A DNA stretch of 64,000 nucleotides from an uncultured Verrucomicrobiae bacterium (GTDB taxonomy: Bacteria > Verrucomicrobiota > Verrucomicrobiia > Limisphaerales > Palsa-1400). Below the pieces are notes generated by a model, which made no database searches, was not told where the DNA came from, and worked only from the letters and a program-made list of their open reading frames with translations. Positions 8,869 through 19,452 of this stretch are shown in pieces (positions within the stretch are counted from its first letter, which is position 1; each line of letters opens with the position of its first letter). The stretch spans positions 352,001 to 416,000 of the forward strand of contig OY969763.1 in assembly GCA_963702845.1 (NCBI GenBank), read 5' to 3'. The translations under genes were made by a program, and so were the position numbers.

Positions 8869-9462
8869 CTAGTTCGCTTGTGCGCGGATGCGGATAAAGA
8901 CGTTTGTGCCCGGTGGTCGGCCGCAAATGGTTTCGTTGGTGCCTCCGAAAAATCGATTGCTGGTGACGGTCAACGCGTACCAGTTGGTAGCCGCGAGGTC
9001 AGTGCTGAATTCCGGGAATAAGTTCGTCTCGTTTGCGCCGGTCGAGAGCAGCACGAGGTTGGTGCTGAGCGAGATTGAAATCAATTCGATTGGCGGAGAT
9101 ACCGGATCAACAAAGGTGAAGGAATTGCCGAAACCGTGAACCGAGCACTCGTAAAACGCGTTCTGGGCGTCAGCCGGCACATGATAGGTAATCACTCCGG
9201 AGTTGATGTTGTTGTTATCCACTGTATCTCCCGGAATAATCTCGAATGGGTGGCTGAAATCAGTGTTGATATTAAAGGTATAGGTTCGGCCTCGTTCCAA
9301 AGTGATGCCCGGATTTGGGTTCGGGTCGTCATTGATGAGGTAATAGTAGTCAGGTGAGACAACATTGAAATCGTCGGTAGACTGTGCGTGACCGGTCAGC
9401 GCGCCGACAGCGGCAACAATCACTGCGACGATGCATTTTCGAGCAAAGATTCGGTTTTTCAT
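8869..9462 (-). CDS. Secreted cupredoxin-like protein
   Basis: Signal peptide; ITLERGRTYTF, HPF, YECSVH. Confidence 0.6.
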   Translation of the reverse strand: MKNRIFARKCIVAVIVAAVGALTGHAQSTDDFNVVSPDYYYLINDDPNPNPGITLERGRTYTFNINTDFSHPFEIIPGDTVDNNNINSGVITYHVPADAQNAFYECSVHGFGNSFTFVDPVSPPIELISISLSTNLVLLSTGANETNLFPEFSTDLAATNWYALTVTSNRFFGGTNETICGRPPGTNVFIRIRAQAN

Positions 9463-9572
9463 GGTGCAGGCCCAGCCTTAAGAGGTATGTTTTAAGTGAG
9501 ATGCTTCCGTGGGCGTTTTGTTCCCGGCTCTCGTTCGTTTGCTTCATTGGCGGACTTCTGCGAGCATCAAGC

Positions 9573-10004
9573 GTGTCTCACAAGACGGAAAAGGTTTTTG
9601 AACTTCTCAACGGCATCGACGCAAAAGGGCATGACCCGCGTTACGCAGGGTATTTCGAATTATTCAATCGCGGGCAGTATTATGAGGCTCACGATGTGCT
9701 GGAGGATCTTTGGTTGCCCGTTCGAAAAGAGCAGCAGGGGGATTTCTACAAAGGATTGATTCAATTGGCCGGCGCGTTTGTGCATTTAAAGAAGGAGCGA
9801 TTGCGACCGGCGGGGGCGCTCTTTAAATTGGCGCGAACGAATTTGTCAAAGTTTACGCCAGAATTCCGACATCTGGATTTGATGAAGGTGATCGAGGTCA
9901 TCGATCGCGCCATGAAAAAATTGGAGGACTCAGAATTTTCGGAGAATCCCTTGAAAGACGGCGCACCGCACTTGTCGCTGAATCAGTTGCCGAGACCGGT
10001 GTAG
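9573..10004 (+). CDS. DUF309 domain protein
   Basis: LFNRGQYYEAHDVLEDLW...YKGLIQLAGAFVH; start placed at GTG 9573. Confidence 0.85.
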   Translation: MSHKTEKVFELLNGIDAKGHDPRYAGYFELFNRGQYYEAHDVLEDLWLPVRKEQQGDFYKGLIQLAGAFVHLKKERLRPAGALFKLARTNLSKFTPEFRHLDLMKVIEVIDRAMKKLEDSEFSENPLKDGAPHLSLNQLPRPV

Positions 10005-10690
10005 AGGGTGTTGACGCAAAAGAGGTGGATGGTGGGATACGCGATATTGAACAGGCGCCATGCGATAATCAGTCCAATCATGTTCATGGCCGGAGTCCCT
10101 AGCATCGTCCAGTATTTCACGGCATTTTCGTTTGATAAAAACAGCAAGGGAATGCTGCTGCCGTCGAGTGGCGGGAAGGGGATGAGATTGAAAATGAAGA
10201 GGAGCAGGTTGAGCGAGAAAAAAATACTGAGCAGAGTCGCGGCGAGCAACGGGGCGCCATGGCCAGCAGTGGCTTCGACGATATGTGCGGTGCTGATTTG
10301 ATCCGGGAGTTCGAACCAGCCGGTAGCGATGCCAAGACGGATGAGTCCAGCAGCGATGAGCATGAGTAGGAGGTTCGAGGCTGGTCCGGCCATTGCCATG
10401 ATTCCGGCGCGGCGCGGATGGCGGTGTGCCCAGGTCGGATCGTAGGGAGCGCTGGCCCAGCCGATCATCCAGCCGCCGAGCATGTAGGAGACGATCGGAA
10501 TGACGACCATGCCAAACGGTTCTCGTTTTATGTGCGGCGTGGGATCGAGCGATACCTGGCCTCCGCGATAAGCGGTGTCGTCGCCGAGACGATATGCGCT
10601 CAACGCGTGGCTGGCCTCGTGCACGGTCGTGGAAAAGAGAAACGCCACATACCAACACGCGCCGTCAAAAAATGAGATGTCGTGACCCAT
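9983..10690 (-). CDS. Site-2 protease (peptidase M50)
   Basis: HEASH, AGPASN, NLIPFPPLDG; likely ATG 10690. Confidence 0.9.
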   Translation of the reverse strand: MGHDISFFDGACWYVAFLFSTTVHEASHALSAYRLGDDTAYRGGQVSLDPTPHIKREPFGMVVIPIVSYMLGGWMIGWASAPYDPTWAHRHPRRAGIMAMAGPASNLLLMLIAAGLIRLGIATGWFELPDQISTAHIVEATAGHGAPLLAATLLSIFFSLNLLLFIFNLIPFPPLDGSSIPLLFLSNENAVKYWTMLGTPAMNMIGLIIAWRLFNIAYPTIHLFCVNTLYTGLGN

Positions 10691-10964
10691 CGCAGAAAAG
10701 TATGAAGCAGGAAGTATGAAGGATGAAGCGAAGAATTTTTCGGTCACCATCGCTGGTATGGGAGTTGCACGATGCGCATCGATGCCGCCGTTCTCACGTA
10801 TGATCGTTATTTTGAGCTTATCCCCGGCTTGCGCAGCATTGATAGAATCAGCGACTAATCGGGGGCTGTTACATACCGTTGTCCTTTCATCGGGCGAATT
10901 CCTCATGTATACTAGTCAGATTGCTTAATTGCAAAATTCGGGCGGAAGTTCCGCCTCCCGTTGT

Positions 10965-13853
10965 ATGGCACAGGAATTCATCAAAATAGGCGGCGCGCGT
11001 CAGCATAATCTCAAGAATCTGACGCTCTCAATCCCGCGCGACAAGCTGGTGGTCATCACCGGGTTGAGCGGTTCGGGAAAGTCGTCGTTGGCGTTTGATA
11101 CGATTTACGCGGAAGGACAGCGCAAGTACGTGGAGTCGTTGTCGGCCTATGCGCGGCAATTCCTCGATCAGATGGAAAAGCCGGAGGTTGATTTCATCGA
11201 AGGGTTATCGCCGTCGATTGCCATTGAGCAACGAAGTTCCGGTTCTAATCCACGTTCCATCATCGCGACCACAACGGAAATTTTCGATTACTTGCGGTTG
11301 CTGTTCGCGAATATCGGACAGGCGCATTGTCCGACGAGCGGTGAACCGATCACGCAGCAGACGACGAGTGACATTGTCGACAAGATTTTGGCGCTGCCAG
11401 TGAAGACAAGGGTAATGGTGCTCGCGCCGGTGGTGTCGCAGCAAAAAGGCGAGTTTCGCGATGTGATTGAACGGCTGGCACGCGAAGGTTTTGTTCGAGC
11501 ACGGGTTGATGGACAGATTGTTGAACTCAGCGCCAACGTTCGCGTGAAGCTGGATGCGAAACAGCGGCACACGATCGAAACGGTTGTGGATCGGTTAGTG
11601 ATCGATGAAAAAATTCGCATTCGTTTGAGCGATTCGGTTGAGACGGCGTTGAAGTGGGGAGAAGGGCGACTGCTGTTGCTGCAGCAACCCGAAGGCACTG
11701 ACATTTGGAACGAGACGCTTTATTCGAATCGAAACTACAGTCCGGCGACGGGCATGAGTTTCGATACGCTGACGCCGAAACATTTTTCGTTCAACTCACC
11801 AATGGGTGCGTGTTCGGTGTGTCACGGTATCGGACAGAAAATGGTTTTTGATGAGCACCTTGTTGTGCCGGATGCGGACAAGTCGCTCGAGAAAGGCGCG
11901 GTCCTTCCGTGGCGGCGCGGCAACAAGCGGATGATTGTTTATTACAAGAGCATGCTGAAGGGCTTGGCCGAACAATATAAACAGAGCATGGAAGTGCCTT
12001 GGCGCGAGTTGCCGGAGGATTTCAAAAAGAAGCTTTTGCGCGGAACTGGTGAGGAGGAATTCGAATTCACATTTTGGCGCGCGGGCAAGGCGAGCAAGAT
12101 AAAGCGGCCCTTCGAGGGAGTAGTTCCAAATCTCGAACGGCTTTACGCAGAGAGCGAAAGCGAGTTCACCAAGAACCGGCTGAAAGCTTTCATGAATCCG
12201 CAGCCGTGCGATGCGTGCGGTGGGCGGCGGTTGAAGCCGGAAGTCCTTGCTGTGACGGTAGGCGATAAACCTGTGCCCGGGCGCAAACCACAGTTTCCTG
12301 GTCTGTCGATCATGGATGTTTGCGCACTGTCGGTTCTAAGGGCAGATGAGTTTTTTGCCGGGCTCAAGCTCACGGATTTTCAACTGAAGATTGCCGCGGA
12401 GTTGATTAAGGAAATTCGTTCGCGACTCGGATTTTTGAAGAATGTCGGTCTCGGTTATCTGACGCTCGATCGCGAAAGCGGCACGTTGAGTGGCGGCGAA
12501 GCACAACGTATTCGGTTGGCGACGCAAATTGGTGCGGGGTTGGTGGGCGTGCTTTATATTTTGGACGAGCCGAGCATTGGTTTGCACCAGCGCGACAATG
12601 ACCGCTTGCTCAAATCGCTCGAAGGGTTGCGCAATCTTGGGAATTCCGTTTTGGTGGTCGAGCATGACGAGGACACGATTCGGCGGGCTGATTATATTTT
12701 GGACCTTGGTCCCGGTGCGGGCGTGCGCGGCGGCGAACTGGTTGCTGCTGGCACGTTGAAAGAGATCGAAGCCAATTCCCGATCTCTGACTGGTCAGTAT
12801 CTCAAAGGGGAATTGAAGATAAACGTCCCAAAGCACCGCGTTAAGCCGTCGCCGGATAAAGGTTGGCTGGAGGTGATCGGTGCGACGGAAAATAATCTCA
12901 AAAATATCGATGCGCGGATTCCTTTGGGCACCTTGACGTGCGTTACCGGAATGAGCGGGTCGGGTAAGAGCACGCTGGTTGATGATATTTTGCGACGCGC
13001 GTTGTTCCGAAAATTTTACGGGTCAAAGGAGCACCCCGGCGCACACAAAGCGTTGCGAGGATTTGAAACGCTCGACAAAGTTATTGTCATCGACCAGACA
13101 CCGATTGGCCGCACACCGCGCAGCAATCCGGCAACTTACACGGGAATGTTTAACCAGATTCGCGACCTGTTCGCGAAATTGCCGGCGGCGAAGATTCGTG
13201 GTTATGAGGCCGGACGTTTTAGTTTCAACGTCAAAGGCGGACGTTGCGAGAAGTGTCAGGGCGACGGGTTGATCAAAATTGAGATGCACTTTTTGCCGCC
13301 AGTCTATGTGACGTGCGAGGCCTGCAATGGGCGGCGATATAATCGCGAGACGTTGGAGATTAATTACAAGGGAATGAATATCGCGGATGTTCTCGATATG
13401 ACGGTCGATGAAGCGGTGACATTTTTTCGGGCGATTCCAAAGATTTATGATCCATGCTTAACGTTGGCCGAGGTGGGATTGGGATACGTTCGCCTCGGTC
13501 AATCAGCGACGACGCTGAGCGGTGGTGAAGCGCAGCGCATCAAGCTTGCGTCGGAGTTGCATCGCAAATCGACCGGTCGCACGTTTTACATTTTGGATGA
13601 GCCTACGACAGGACTGCATTTTCACGACGTTGCGAAGTTGCTTGAAGTGTTATTCAAGCTCCGCGATGCCGGCAACACGCTGCTTATTATTGAGCACAAT
13701 CTCGACGTAATCAAAACGGCAGACTGGGTGATCGATCTCGGTCCTGAAGGCGGCGAGGGCGGTGGACAGATTTTAGCGGAAGGGCCGCCGGAGAAAATTG
13801 CACAGACGGCCGGAAGTTACACGGGACAATACCTTGCGCCCTTGCTGAAATAA
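10965..13853 (+). CDS. uvrA: Excinuclease ABC subunit A
   Basis: GARQHNLKN, two Walker A motifs ([16 protein letters not shown]), LSGGEAQRI twice, zinc fingers. Confidence 0.98.
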   Translation: MAQEFIKIGGARQHNLKNLTLSIPRDKLVVITGLSGSGKSSLAFDTIYAEGQRKYVESLSAYARQFLDQMEKPEVDFIEGLSPSIAIEQRSSGSNPRSIIATTTEIFDYLRLLFANIGQAHCPTSGEPITQQTTSDIVDKILALPVKTRVMVLAPVVSQQKGEFRDVIERLAREGFVRARVDGQIVELSANVRVKLDAKQRHTIETVVDRLVIDEKIRIRLSDSVETALKWGEGRLLLLQQPEGTDIWNETLYSNRNYSPATGMSFDTLTPKHFSFNSPMGACSVCHGIGQKMVFDEHLVVPDADKSLEKGAVLPWRRGNKRMIVYYKSMLKGLAEQYKQSMEVPWRELPEDFKKKLLRGTGEEEFEFTFWRAGKASKIKRPFEGVVPNLERLYAESESEFTKNRLKAFMNPQPCDACGGRRLKPEVLAVTVGDKPVPGRKPQFPGLSIMDVCALSVLRADEFFAGLKLTDFQLKIAAELIKEIRSRLGFLKNVGLGYLTLDRESGTLSGGEAQRIRLATQIGAGLVGVLYILDEPSIGLHQRDNDRLLKSLEGLRNLGNSVLVVEHDEDTIRRADYILDLGPGAGVRGGELVAAGTLKEIEANSRSLTGQYLKGELKINVPKHRVKPSPDKGWLEVIGATENNLKNIDARIPLGTLTCVTGMSGSGKSTLVDDILRRALFRKFYGSKEHPGAHKALRGFETLDKVIVIDQTPIGRTPRSNPATYTGMFNQIRDLFAKLPAAKIRGYEAGRFSFNVKGGRCEKCQGDGLIKIEMHFLPPVYVTCEACNGRRYNRETLEINYKGMNIADVLDMTVDEAVTFFRAIPKIYDPCLTLAEVGLGYVRLGQSATTLSGGEAQRIKLASELHRKSTGRTFYILDEPTTGLHFHDVAKLLEVLFKLRDAGNTLLIIEHNLDVIKTADWVIDLGPEGGEGGGQILAEGPPEKIAQTAGSYTGQYLAPLLK

Positions 13854-13855
13854 CG

Positions 13856-14566
13856 ATGCATTACCTCGATCGCACGCTCGACTCGCCTACTGCCAATCTG
13901 GCACTTGACGAGGCTTTGTTGGATCAGTGCGAAGAGGGAGGGCCAGAGGCGCTACGATTTTGGGAGTCGCCGGAATACTTCGTCGTTCTCGGCTATGCCA
14001 ACCAGGTGGAGACCGAGGTAAACGTTCCAACATGCCTTGCACGCAACGTTCCGATACTTCGACGATGCAGCGGCGGCGGGACGGTTTTGCAAGGGCCGGG
14101 GTGTTTGAATTATTTGTTGGTTTTGAATTTTGAGAACAATCCGCAGCTGCAGACGATTCCGGGAGCGAACTGCTACATTATGCAGCGCAATGCGGAGGCG
14201 CTTCGGGCTGCTTTTGGTTTAGATGCCGAGGTTTGCGGGATTACGGATCTGGCTGTCGGTGCTCTAAAATTTTCCGGGAATGCACAACGGCGGAAGCGGC
14301 GCGCGCTGATTTTTCATGGAACGTTCCTGCTGACGTTTAATTTGCAGCTCGTTTCCGAGTTGTTGCGCTCGCCGAGTAAAGAGCCGGAGTATCGCGCTGG
14401 TCGGTCGCACGGGAACTTTATAACGAACTTGCACGTGGATGCTGCGCTGATCAAAAAGGGACTGCGGACTGCCTGGGGTGCGAATGATGAGTTACGAGAT
14501 ATTCCTGATATAACAACATTGATGCAGGAGAAGTATTCGACGGATGAGTGGAATTTGAAGTTTTGA
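13856..14566 (+). CDS. Lipoate-protein ligase family protein
   Basis: NLALDEALL, RRCSGGGTV, KFSGNAQ, HGT. Confidence 0.88.
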   Translation: MHYLDRTLDSPTANLALDEALLDQCEEGGPEALRFWESPEYFVVLGYANQVETEVNVPTCLARNVPILRRCSGGGTVLQGPGCLNYLLVLNFENNPQLQTIPGANCYIMQRNAEALRAAFGLDAEVCGITDLAVGALKFSGNAQRRKRRALIFHGTFLLTFNLQLVSELLRSPSKEPEYRAGRSHGNFITNLHVDAALIKKGLRTAWGANDELRDIPDITTLMQEKYSTDEWNLKF

Positions 14567-14580
14567 CGTGGGCAGGAAAT

Positions 14581-14625
14581 AGGGCGGTCGGAGAATGGAA
14601 ACCCATTTCCCGGTCGCCCTTTTTT
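14581..14625 (+). terminator. Probable Rho-independent terminator
   Basis: agggcggtcgg..aatgg-aaac-ccatt..ccggtcgccct followed by a T tract. Confidence 0.65.
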
Positions 14626-14817
14626 GAACGCAGGAGGAACTACGATTCAAATTCTTTTAAAGTGAGCGCTCCCAAGTGCAACCAATCACCTGGGAGCGCC
14701 CTGTTTATCCCCCCAAACAACGGTGCCACTCTAGAGACTGCGTGTGTTTGCAACAATCAGGCTGGTGCTGTTTGATATGTCGAGGATTCCACTAAATTTA
14801 CTTTACAGAAGAGCGGC

Positions 14818-15297
14818 TCACGATTGGCCATCTTTCAAAAACACGACTTTGACTTTACGCTCGGGCTGCGTGGTGATCTGGTCCAGCAAACTGGGAGCGG
14901 CCTTTGCGGGTTCTGCCGGTTTGGAAGAGGGTTCGAGGGCGGCGTGCAATGCGCTCTCGACGAGCTGGGTGCAGTGAAGTTTCACCGGAGGGAGCGGCCC
15001 GAGGTCGGGGGCCAGATCCGTTGGCGTCATTTTCAAAACTTCTTCCGCAGTTTTTCCACGGATGACTTCGGTTGCGAGGCTGGCGACGGCGATGGCTGTT
15101 TCGCAGCCGAAACTTTGGAATGACGCGCGGTCAATGACCTTCCTGCCATTCTCTTCTTTGAACTTGAGCCAGAGGCGGACCATGTCGCCGCAACCAGCGC
15201 TGCCGGCGGTGCCGACGGCGTCAGCGTTTTCCATTTCGCCGAGGTTCTTCGGGTTGCGAATGGCGTCTTCGACTTTCTTTGCGAAATCGTTTTCCAT
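14818..15297 (-). CDS. IscU/NifU-type Fe-S scaffold protein
   Basis: NPKNLG, GCGD, FQSFGC, KLHC. Confidence 0.85.
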   Translation of the reverse strand: MENDFAKKVEDAIRNPKNLGEMENADAVGTAGSAGCGDMVRLWLKFKEENGRKVIDRASFQSFGCETAIAVASLATEVIRGKTAEEVLKMTPTDLAPDLGPLPPVKLHCTQLVESALHAALEPSSKPAEPAKAAPSLLDQITTQPERKVKVVFLKDGQS

Positions 15298-15298
15298 A

Positions 15299-15835
15299 TC
15301 AGACGAGTTCGAGTTTGTACCGTGGGATCTTGGAATCCACTTCTTTCGACCACGCATCGAGGCCGCCGCGCAAGGTGCGGACGTTTTTGAAACCCTGCCC
15401 CAAAAAATAGGCCGCGGCGTCGAGGCCTTGCTGGCCGCGATGATCGTAAATGACGATGGCTTGTTCACGCGGCCACTTCGATAGAATTTCCTGCATGGTG
15501 GCTTGTGACATCAGCATGGCGCCATCTAGATGAGTGGCTTCGTATTCTTCGCGACTACGAACGTCGATTAGGCGCACCGTCGGCAAAACTTTTGCGAGTT
15601 CCTTGGGCTCGACTAAAAGTTCGAGGTCCTGTTCGTGGCTTTTTTCGAGATGCGCGATGATTTCAGCCGCATTGAGACTATTGCGTTCGGCGAGTTGTTG
15701 GACGGTTTCACCGGGTTGGAAGGCGCAACTGCTGCAGCCGCCGATGTGGAATTTGCGAAACAATGCGCGCTGCGCGCCGGGCATCACCTGGAGCACACGT
15801 TCCATCGGCATATCTGCTGTTAGTTTTTCGCTCAC
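15299..15835 (-). CDS. DUF1858-like CxxC domain plus rhodanese-like domain
   Basis: FHIGGCSSC; LIDVR..EY, LRGGLDAW; GTG start inferred. Confidence 0.8.
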   Translation of the reverse strand: MSEKLTADMPMERVLQVMPGAQRALFRKFHIGGCSSCAFQPGETVQQLAERNSLNAAEIIAHLEKSHEQDLELLVEPKELAKVLPTVRLIDVRSREEYEATHLDGAMLMSQATMQEILSKWPREQAIVIYDHRGQQGLDAAAYFLGQGFKNVRTLRGGLDAWSKEVDSKIPRYKLELV

Positions 15836-15836
15836 G

Positions 15837-17072
15837 TCAGGCTCTGAAAAATTTTTGGATTTCCGCAATGACTTCGACCATGCGGTCGACTTCGGCGGTG
15901 GTGTTGTAAAAATAGAAACTGGCGCGGGCGGTCGAGGAAACGCCCAGTTTTTTCATAAGGGGCTGATTGCAATGATGGCCGCCACGCAACGCAACCCCGC
16001 GTTGGTCGGCGAAGGTGACGACGTCGTGCGCGTGGACGTCGTTGAGTAGAAAACTCACAACACCAGCGCGTCCCTTTTTTGGACCGAACAAGCGAATGTT
16101 TTGCAGGCCAGTGAGTTTGTCGTAGGCGTAGGCGGAGAGTTCCTCGTCGTGATGTTGGATGCGGTCGCGGCCGATTTCATCCAAATAGTCCATCGCTGTG
16201 CGCAAGCCGATTGCACCGGAGATATCCGGTGTGCCGGCTTCGAATTTGTGCGGAATGTCTTTCCATGTGCTCTCGAAGAAATCGACATTCGAAATCATGT
16301 CGCCACCGCCGTGGAAGGGCGGCATGGATTCGAGCACTTCGGCGCGGCCGTAGAGAAGCCCGATCCCGGTCGGGCCGCACATCTTGTGACCGGAGAGGGC
16401 AAGGAAATCACAGCCGATTTCCTGCACATCAACTTTACGATGGCCAATGCTTTGCGCGGCATCCACCAATGTCGTGATGCCGAGCTTGCGCGCGCGCGCG
16501 CAGAATTCGGCAGCGGGATTGACCGTGCCGAGTGTGTTGGAAATGTGCGTGAAGGAGAACAGTTTTACTGATTTGTTCAGGAGCGTATCGAGCTTCGACG
16601 TGTCGAGCAGGCCATCATCGCCAGTGACAGGAACGTAGGCGAGTTTGGCGCCGGTGCGTTCGGCGATCATCTGCCACGGAACGATGTTGCTGTGGTGCTC
16701 CATCTCGGTGAGCAAGATTGTGTCGCCTGGTTTGAGGTTCTTTGCGGCCCAGGTGTTCGCGACGAGGTTGATCGATTCGGTAGTGCCGCGCGTGAAGATG
16801 ATTTCGTTGGAGCTGCGAGCGTTGAGGAACTTTGCGGCGCGTTCGCGAGAGTCTTCGAAAGCAACGGTGGAGCGGTTGCTTAGTTCGTGGATGCCGCGGT
16901 GGACGTTGCTGTTGTCGCGAAGATAATAATGATCAAGCGCTTCGATGACTTGTTTTGGTTTCTGCGTCGTCGCGGCGTTGTCGAGGTAGACCAAGGGATG
17001 GTCATGGACTTTCTGATCTAAAATCGGAAAGTCCTTTCTGATCGTCATCCAATCTTTTGTCGTGGTCTGCAC
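15837..17072 (-). CDS. sufS: Cysteine desulfurase SufS
   Basis: YLDNAATTQKP, SGHKMCGPTG, RGGHHC. Confidence 0.95.
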   Translation of the reverse strand: MQTTTKDWMTIRKDFPILDQKVHDHPLVYLDNAATTQKPKQVIEALDHYYLRDNSNVHRGIHELSNRSTVAFEDSRERAAKFLNARSSNEIIFTRGTTESINLVANTWAAKNLKPGDTILLTEMEHHSNIVPWQMIAERTGAKLAYVPVTGDDGLLDTSKLDTLLNKSVKLFSFTHISNTLGTVNPAAEFCARARKLGITTLVDAAQSIGHRKVDVQEIGCDFLALSGHKMCGPTGIGLLYGRAEVLESMPPFHGGGDMISNVDFFESTWKDIPHKFEAGTPDISGAIGLRTAMDYLDEIGRDRIQHHDEELSAYAYDKLTGLQNIRLFGPKKGRAGVVSFLLNDVHAHDVVTFADQRGVALRGGHHCNQPLMKKLGVSSTARASFYFYNTTAEVDRMVEVIAEIQKFFRA

Positions 17073-17088
17073 AGATCTCCAACGTAAA

Positions 17089-17625
17089 CTACATCAGCCC
17101 GAGTTCCAACTTGGCGGCTTCGGATAACATATCGCGGTTCCAGGGTGGGTCCCAAACGAGATGGACCTGGGCTTCTTTTACTTCGGGTAAGTCCAACAAT
17201 TTTGTTTCGACATCCTGTTGCAAAACGGGGCCCATGCCACAACCGGGAGCGGTTAAAGTCATTTTCACTTCGACGCGATTGGTTCCTTCGGGCAGCGGCG
17301 TGATTTGCACGTCGTAAACGAGGCCGAGGTCGACGATGTTCACCGGAATTTCCGGGTCGTAACACGTGCGCAAGATGCCCATGACCGTTTGTTCTTCCAG
17401 CGGGCCGCCTGGCTTGGTGCTTTCGGCCTTCGTAACTTCTTTGCCGATGGCGTCGGCATCTTTGGCGTCAATGCGCGCCATGTTGCCGTGGATGATAACG
17501 GTATAGCTGCCGCCGAGCGCCTGCGCGATGGTCACGGGTTCGCCGGACTGCAATGTGATCTTCGTGCCGGCCGGGATGAGGACGGCTTCGCAATCGCGTT
17601 TTAGAATGATTTCGTCGCCTTGCAT
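17089..17625 (-). CDS. sufT: Fe-S assembly protein SufT (DUF59)
   Basis: QALGGSYTV, YDPEIPVNIVDLGL, MTLTAPGCGMG, WDPPW. Confidence 0.9.
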   Translation of the reverse strand: MQGDEIILKRDCEAVLIPAGTKITLQSGEPVTIAQALGGSYTVIIHGNMARIDAKDADAIGKEVTKAESTKPGGPLEEQTVMGILRTCYDPEIPVNIVDLGLVYDVQITPLPEGTNRVEVKMTLTAPGCGMGPVLQQDVETKLLDLPEVKEAQVHLVWDPPWNRDMLSEAAKLELGLM

Positions 17626-17626
17626 A

Positions 17627-18094
17627 TCAGAACCCCGGGGTTTTGGATTCTTCGGTCGAAACGATTTTGTTTTCGCCTTTTAAACCTGCCACGAGGGCGT
17701 GCCATGGCAACACGGCGCATTTGACGCGCATTGGAAACGTGTGGACGCCGGCAAATGCATAAAGTTTGCCCATCGTTTCTTCGTCGGCCTTGCCGGTGGT
17801 GACCATTTGCTGATAAAGGGCAAAATATTTTTGCGCTTCAACCACGGTCTTGCCTTTTAAAAAATCGGTCATGATGGACCCGGCGGCTTTGGAAATGGCG
17901 CAGCCGGAACCTTCGAAACTGACGTCTTTGATGACGTCGCCTTCCAGCTTGAGATAGACGGCGTAATTGTCGCCGCAGAGCGGGTTGTTGCCGTGTGCGG
18001 TATGGTTGGCGTCAGCGAGTTTGCCGAAGTTGCGAGGCTTCCGGCTGTGATCGAGGATCACCTGCTGATAAAGCTCGTTTAATTCATCTGTCAT
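17627..18094 (-). CDS. sufU: SUF system NifU-family protein SufU
   Basis: LYQQVILDH, NPLCGD, GSGCAIS, RVKCA. Confidence 0.92.
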   Translation of the reverse strand: MTDELNELYQQVILDHSRKPRNFGKLADANHTAHGNNPLCGDNYAVYLKLEGDVIKDVSFEGSGCAISKAAGSIMTDFLKGKTVVEAQKYFALYQQMVTTGKADEETMGKLYAFAGVHTFPMRVKCAVLPWHALVAGLKGENKIVSTEESKTPGF

Positions 18095-18095
18095 A

Positions 18096-19451
18096 CTAAC
18101 TCGCAAATCTTTCCAGCAACACCTTGTCCAATTCCTCGCGGATTTCGGGCAAGCTGATTCGTTCGATGACTTCGCTGGCGAACGCGTAAATCAACATCCG
18201 CCGCGCCATGGCGATCGGGATGCCGCGTGCCTGCAGATAAAATAGCGCTTTCTCGTCCAATTGCCCAACGGTTGCGCCATGGGTGCATTTGACGTCGTCG
18301 GCGTAAATCTCCAATTGCGGCTTGGTATCGATGACGGCGTCGTCGGACAATAAGAGGTTGCGATTGGTTTGTTTCGCGTTCGTTTTTTGTGCGTCCTTGC
18401 GAACGAAAATCTTGCCGTTGAATACGCCGCGAGCGCGATCGCTGAGAATGCCGTGATAATATTCGTGGCTTTCGCAATGCGGCTTGGAATGGTCCATCAC
18501 GGTATGATGGTCGACGAGTTGTTCCCCGCGACCGAGATATAAACCGTTCATCGTGCATTGTGCGCCGCTGTCGGCCAGCACGGTTTGAATCTGATTGCGG
18601 GCAATACGTGCGCCAGTCGAAATCGAGTGTGACGTCCAAACGCTGCTCCTGGCTTGATGCGCCTGGATGGTGGCGATGTGAAAAGCGTTTTCGGATTCGG
18701 CCTGGAACTTGCAATGTTCAACCAAGGCTTCCTCGCCGAGGATGAGTTCGGTAACAGCGTTGATGAGATATGGTTCAGCGGAACCGTTCCCGAGCGTGAC
18801 ATAACTTTCGATCACCTTCGCCGAACTGCCGTCGCCGGCGACGATCAGATTGCGCGGTTGGAACACAGCTCCAGACTGCGGTTCCGTGACGATGTGCAGA
18901 ATGTGAACAGGACGTTCCAAGACGCGACGACTTGGAATGGAAACGAAAACGCCGTCTTGGAACAGGGCGGTGTTCAACGCCGCAAAGCCGTTCTCTTCAA
19001 AACTGGCGTGACGCGCCAGATTGCGCTCAACCCACGGTGACGTGAGGGCGCTACGCAGATTCAAAACATCTACGCCATTGCCGCTCGCATTGGAAAGTTC
19101 CGGCACGAAATGGCCGTCGATAAAAACGATGCGGCGCGTGTTCAGATCGCCGAACAAAAACGGTTTGAGGTCCGCTTCGGAAACATTACGGGCGGGTTTG
19201 TCCGTGCCATGGAGGGACAGTTCCAGAATCGGGGCGACGTTGGTGAACTTCCACTCTTCGTCTTTGGTGGACGGAAAACCGTGCGTGATAAATTTGTTGA
19301 GTGCGGAAGCGCGCAGGACCTTCAACCAAGGCGGGTTCAGGTCAGCGGGCAAGAGCCGGAACTTATTGAGGAGATCGTCGCTCCGTCCGTGATGCGGCGG
19401 ATGAGATGGCGCAGATTGCTTGCGCGAGGGGGCGTTAACAACTTGCGTCAT
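18096..19451 (-). CDS. sufD: Fe-S cluster assembly protein SufD
   Basis: EEWKFT, FNGKIFV, KPQLEIYADDVKCTHGATVG. Confidence 0.93.
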   Translation of the reverse strand: MTQVVNAPSRKQSAPSHPPHHGRSDDLLNKFRLLPADLNPPWLKVLRASALNKFITHGFPSTKDEEWKFTNVAPILELSLHGTDKPARNVSEADLKPFLFGDLNTRRIVFIDGHFVPELSNASGNGVDVLNLRSALTSPWVERNLARHASFEENGFAALNTALFQDGVFVSIPSRRVLERPVHILHIVTEPQSGAVFQPRNLIVAGDGSSAKVIESYVTLGNGSAEPYLINAVTELILGEEALVEHCKFQAESENAFHIATIQAHQARSSVWTSHSISTGARIARNQIQTVLADSGAQCTMNGLYLGRGEQLVDHHTVMDHSKPHCESHEYYHGILSDRARGVFNGKIFVRKDAQKTNAKQTNRNLLLSDDAVIDTKPQLEIYADDVKCTHGATVGQLDEKALFYLQARGIPIAMARRMLIYAFASEVIERISLPEIREELDKVLLERFAS

Positions 19452-19452
19452 G

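Noticed and set aside
10691..10906. N-terminal extension of the M50 protease ORF
   Set aside because: Runs through a heptamer repeat and non-homologous sequence; ATG 10690 gives a normal-length protein
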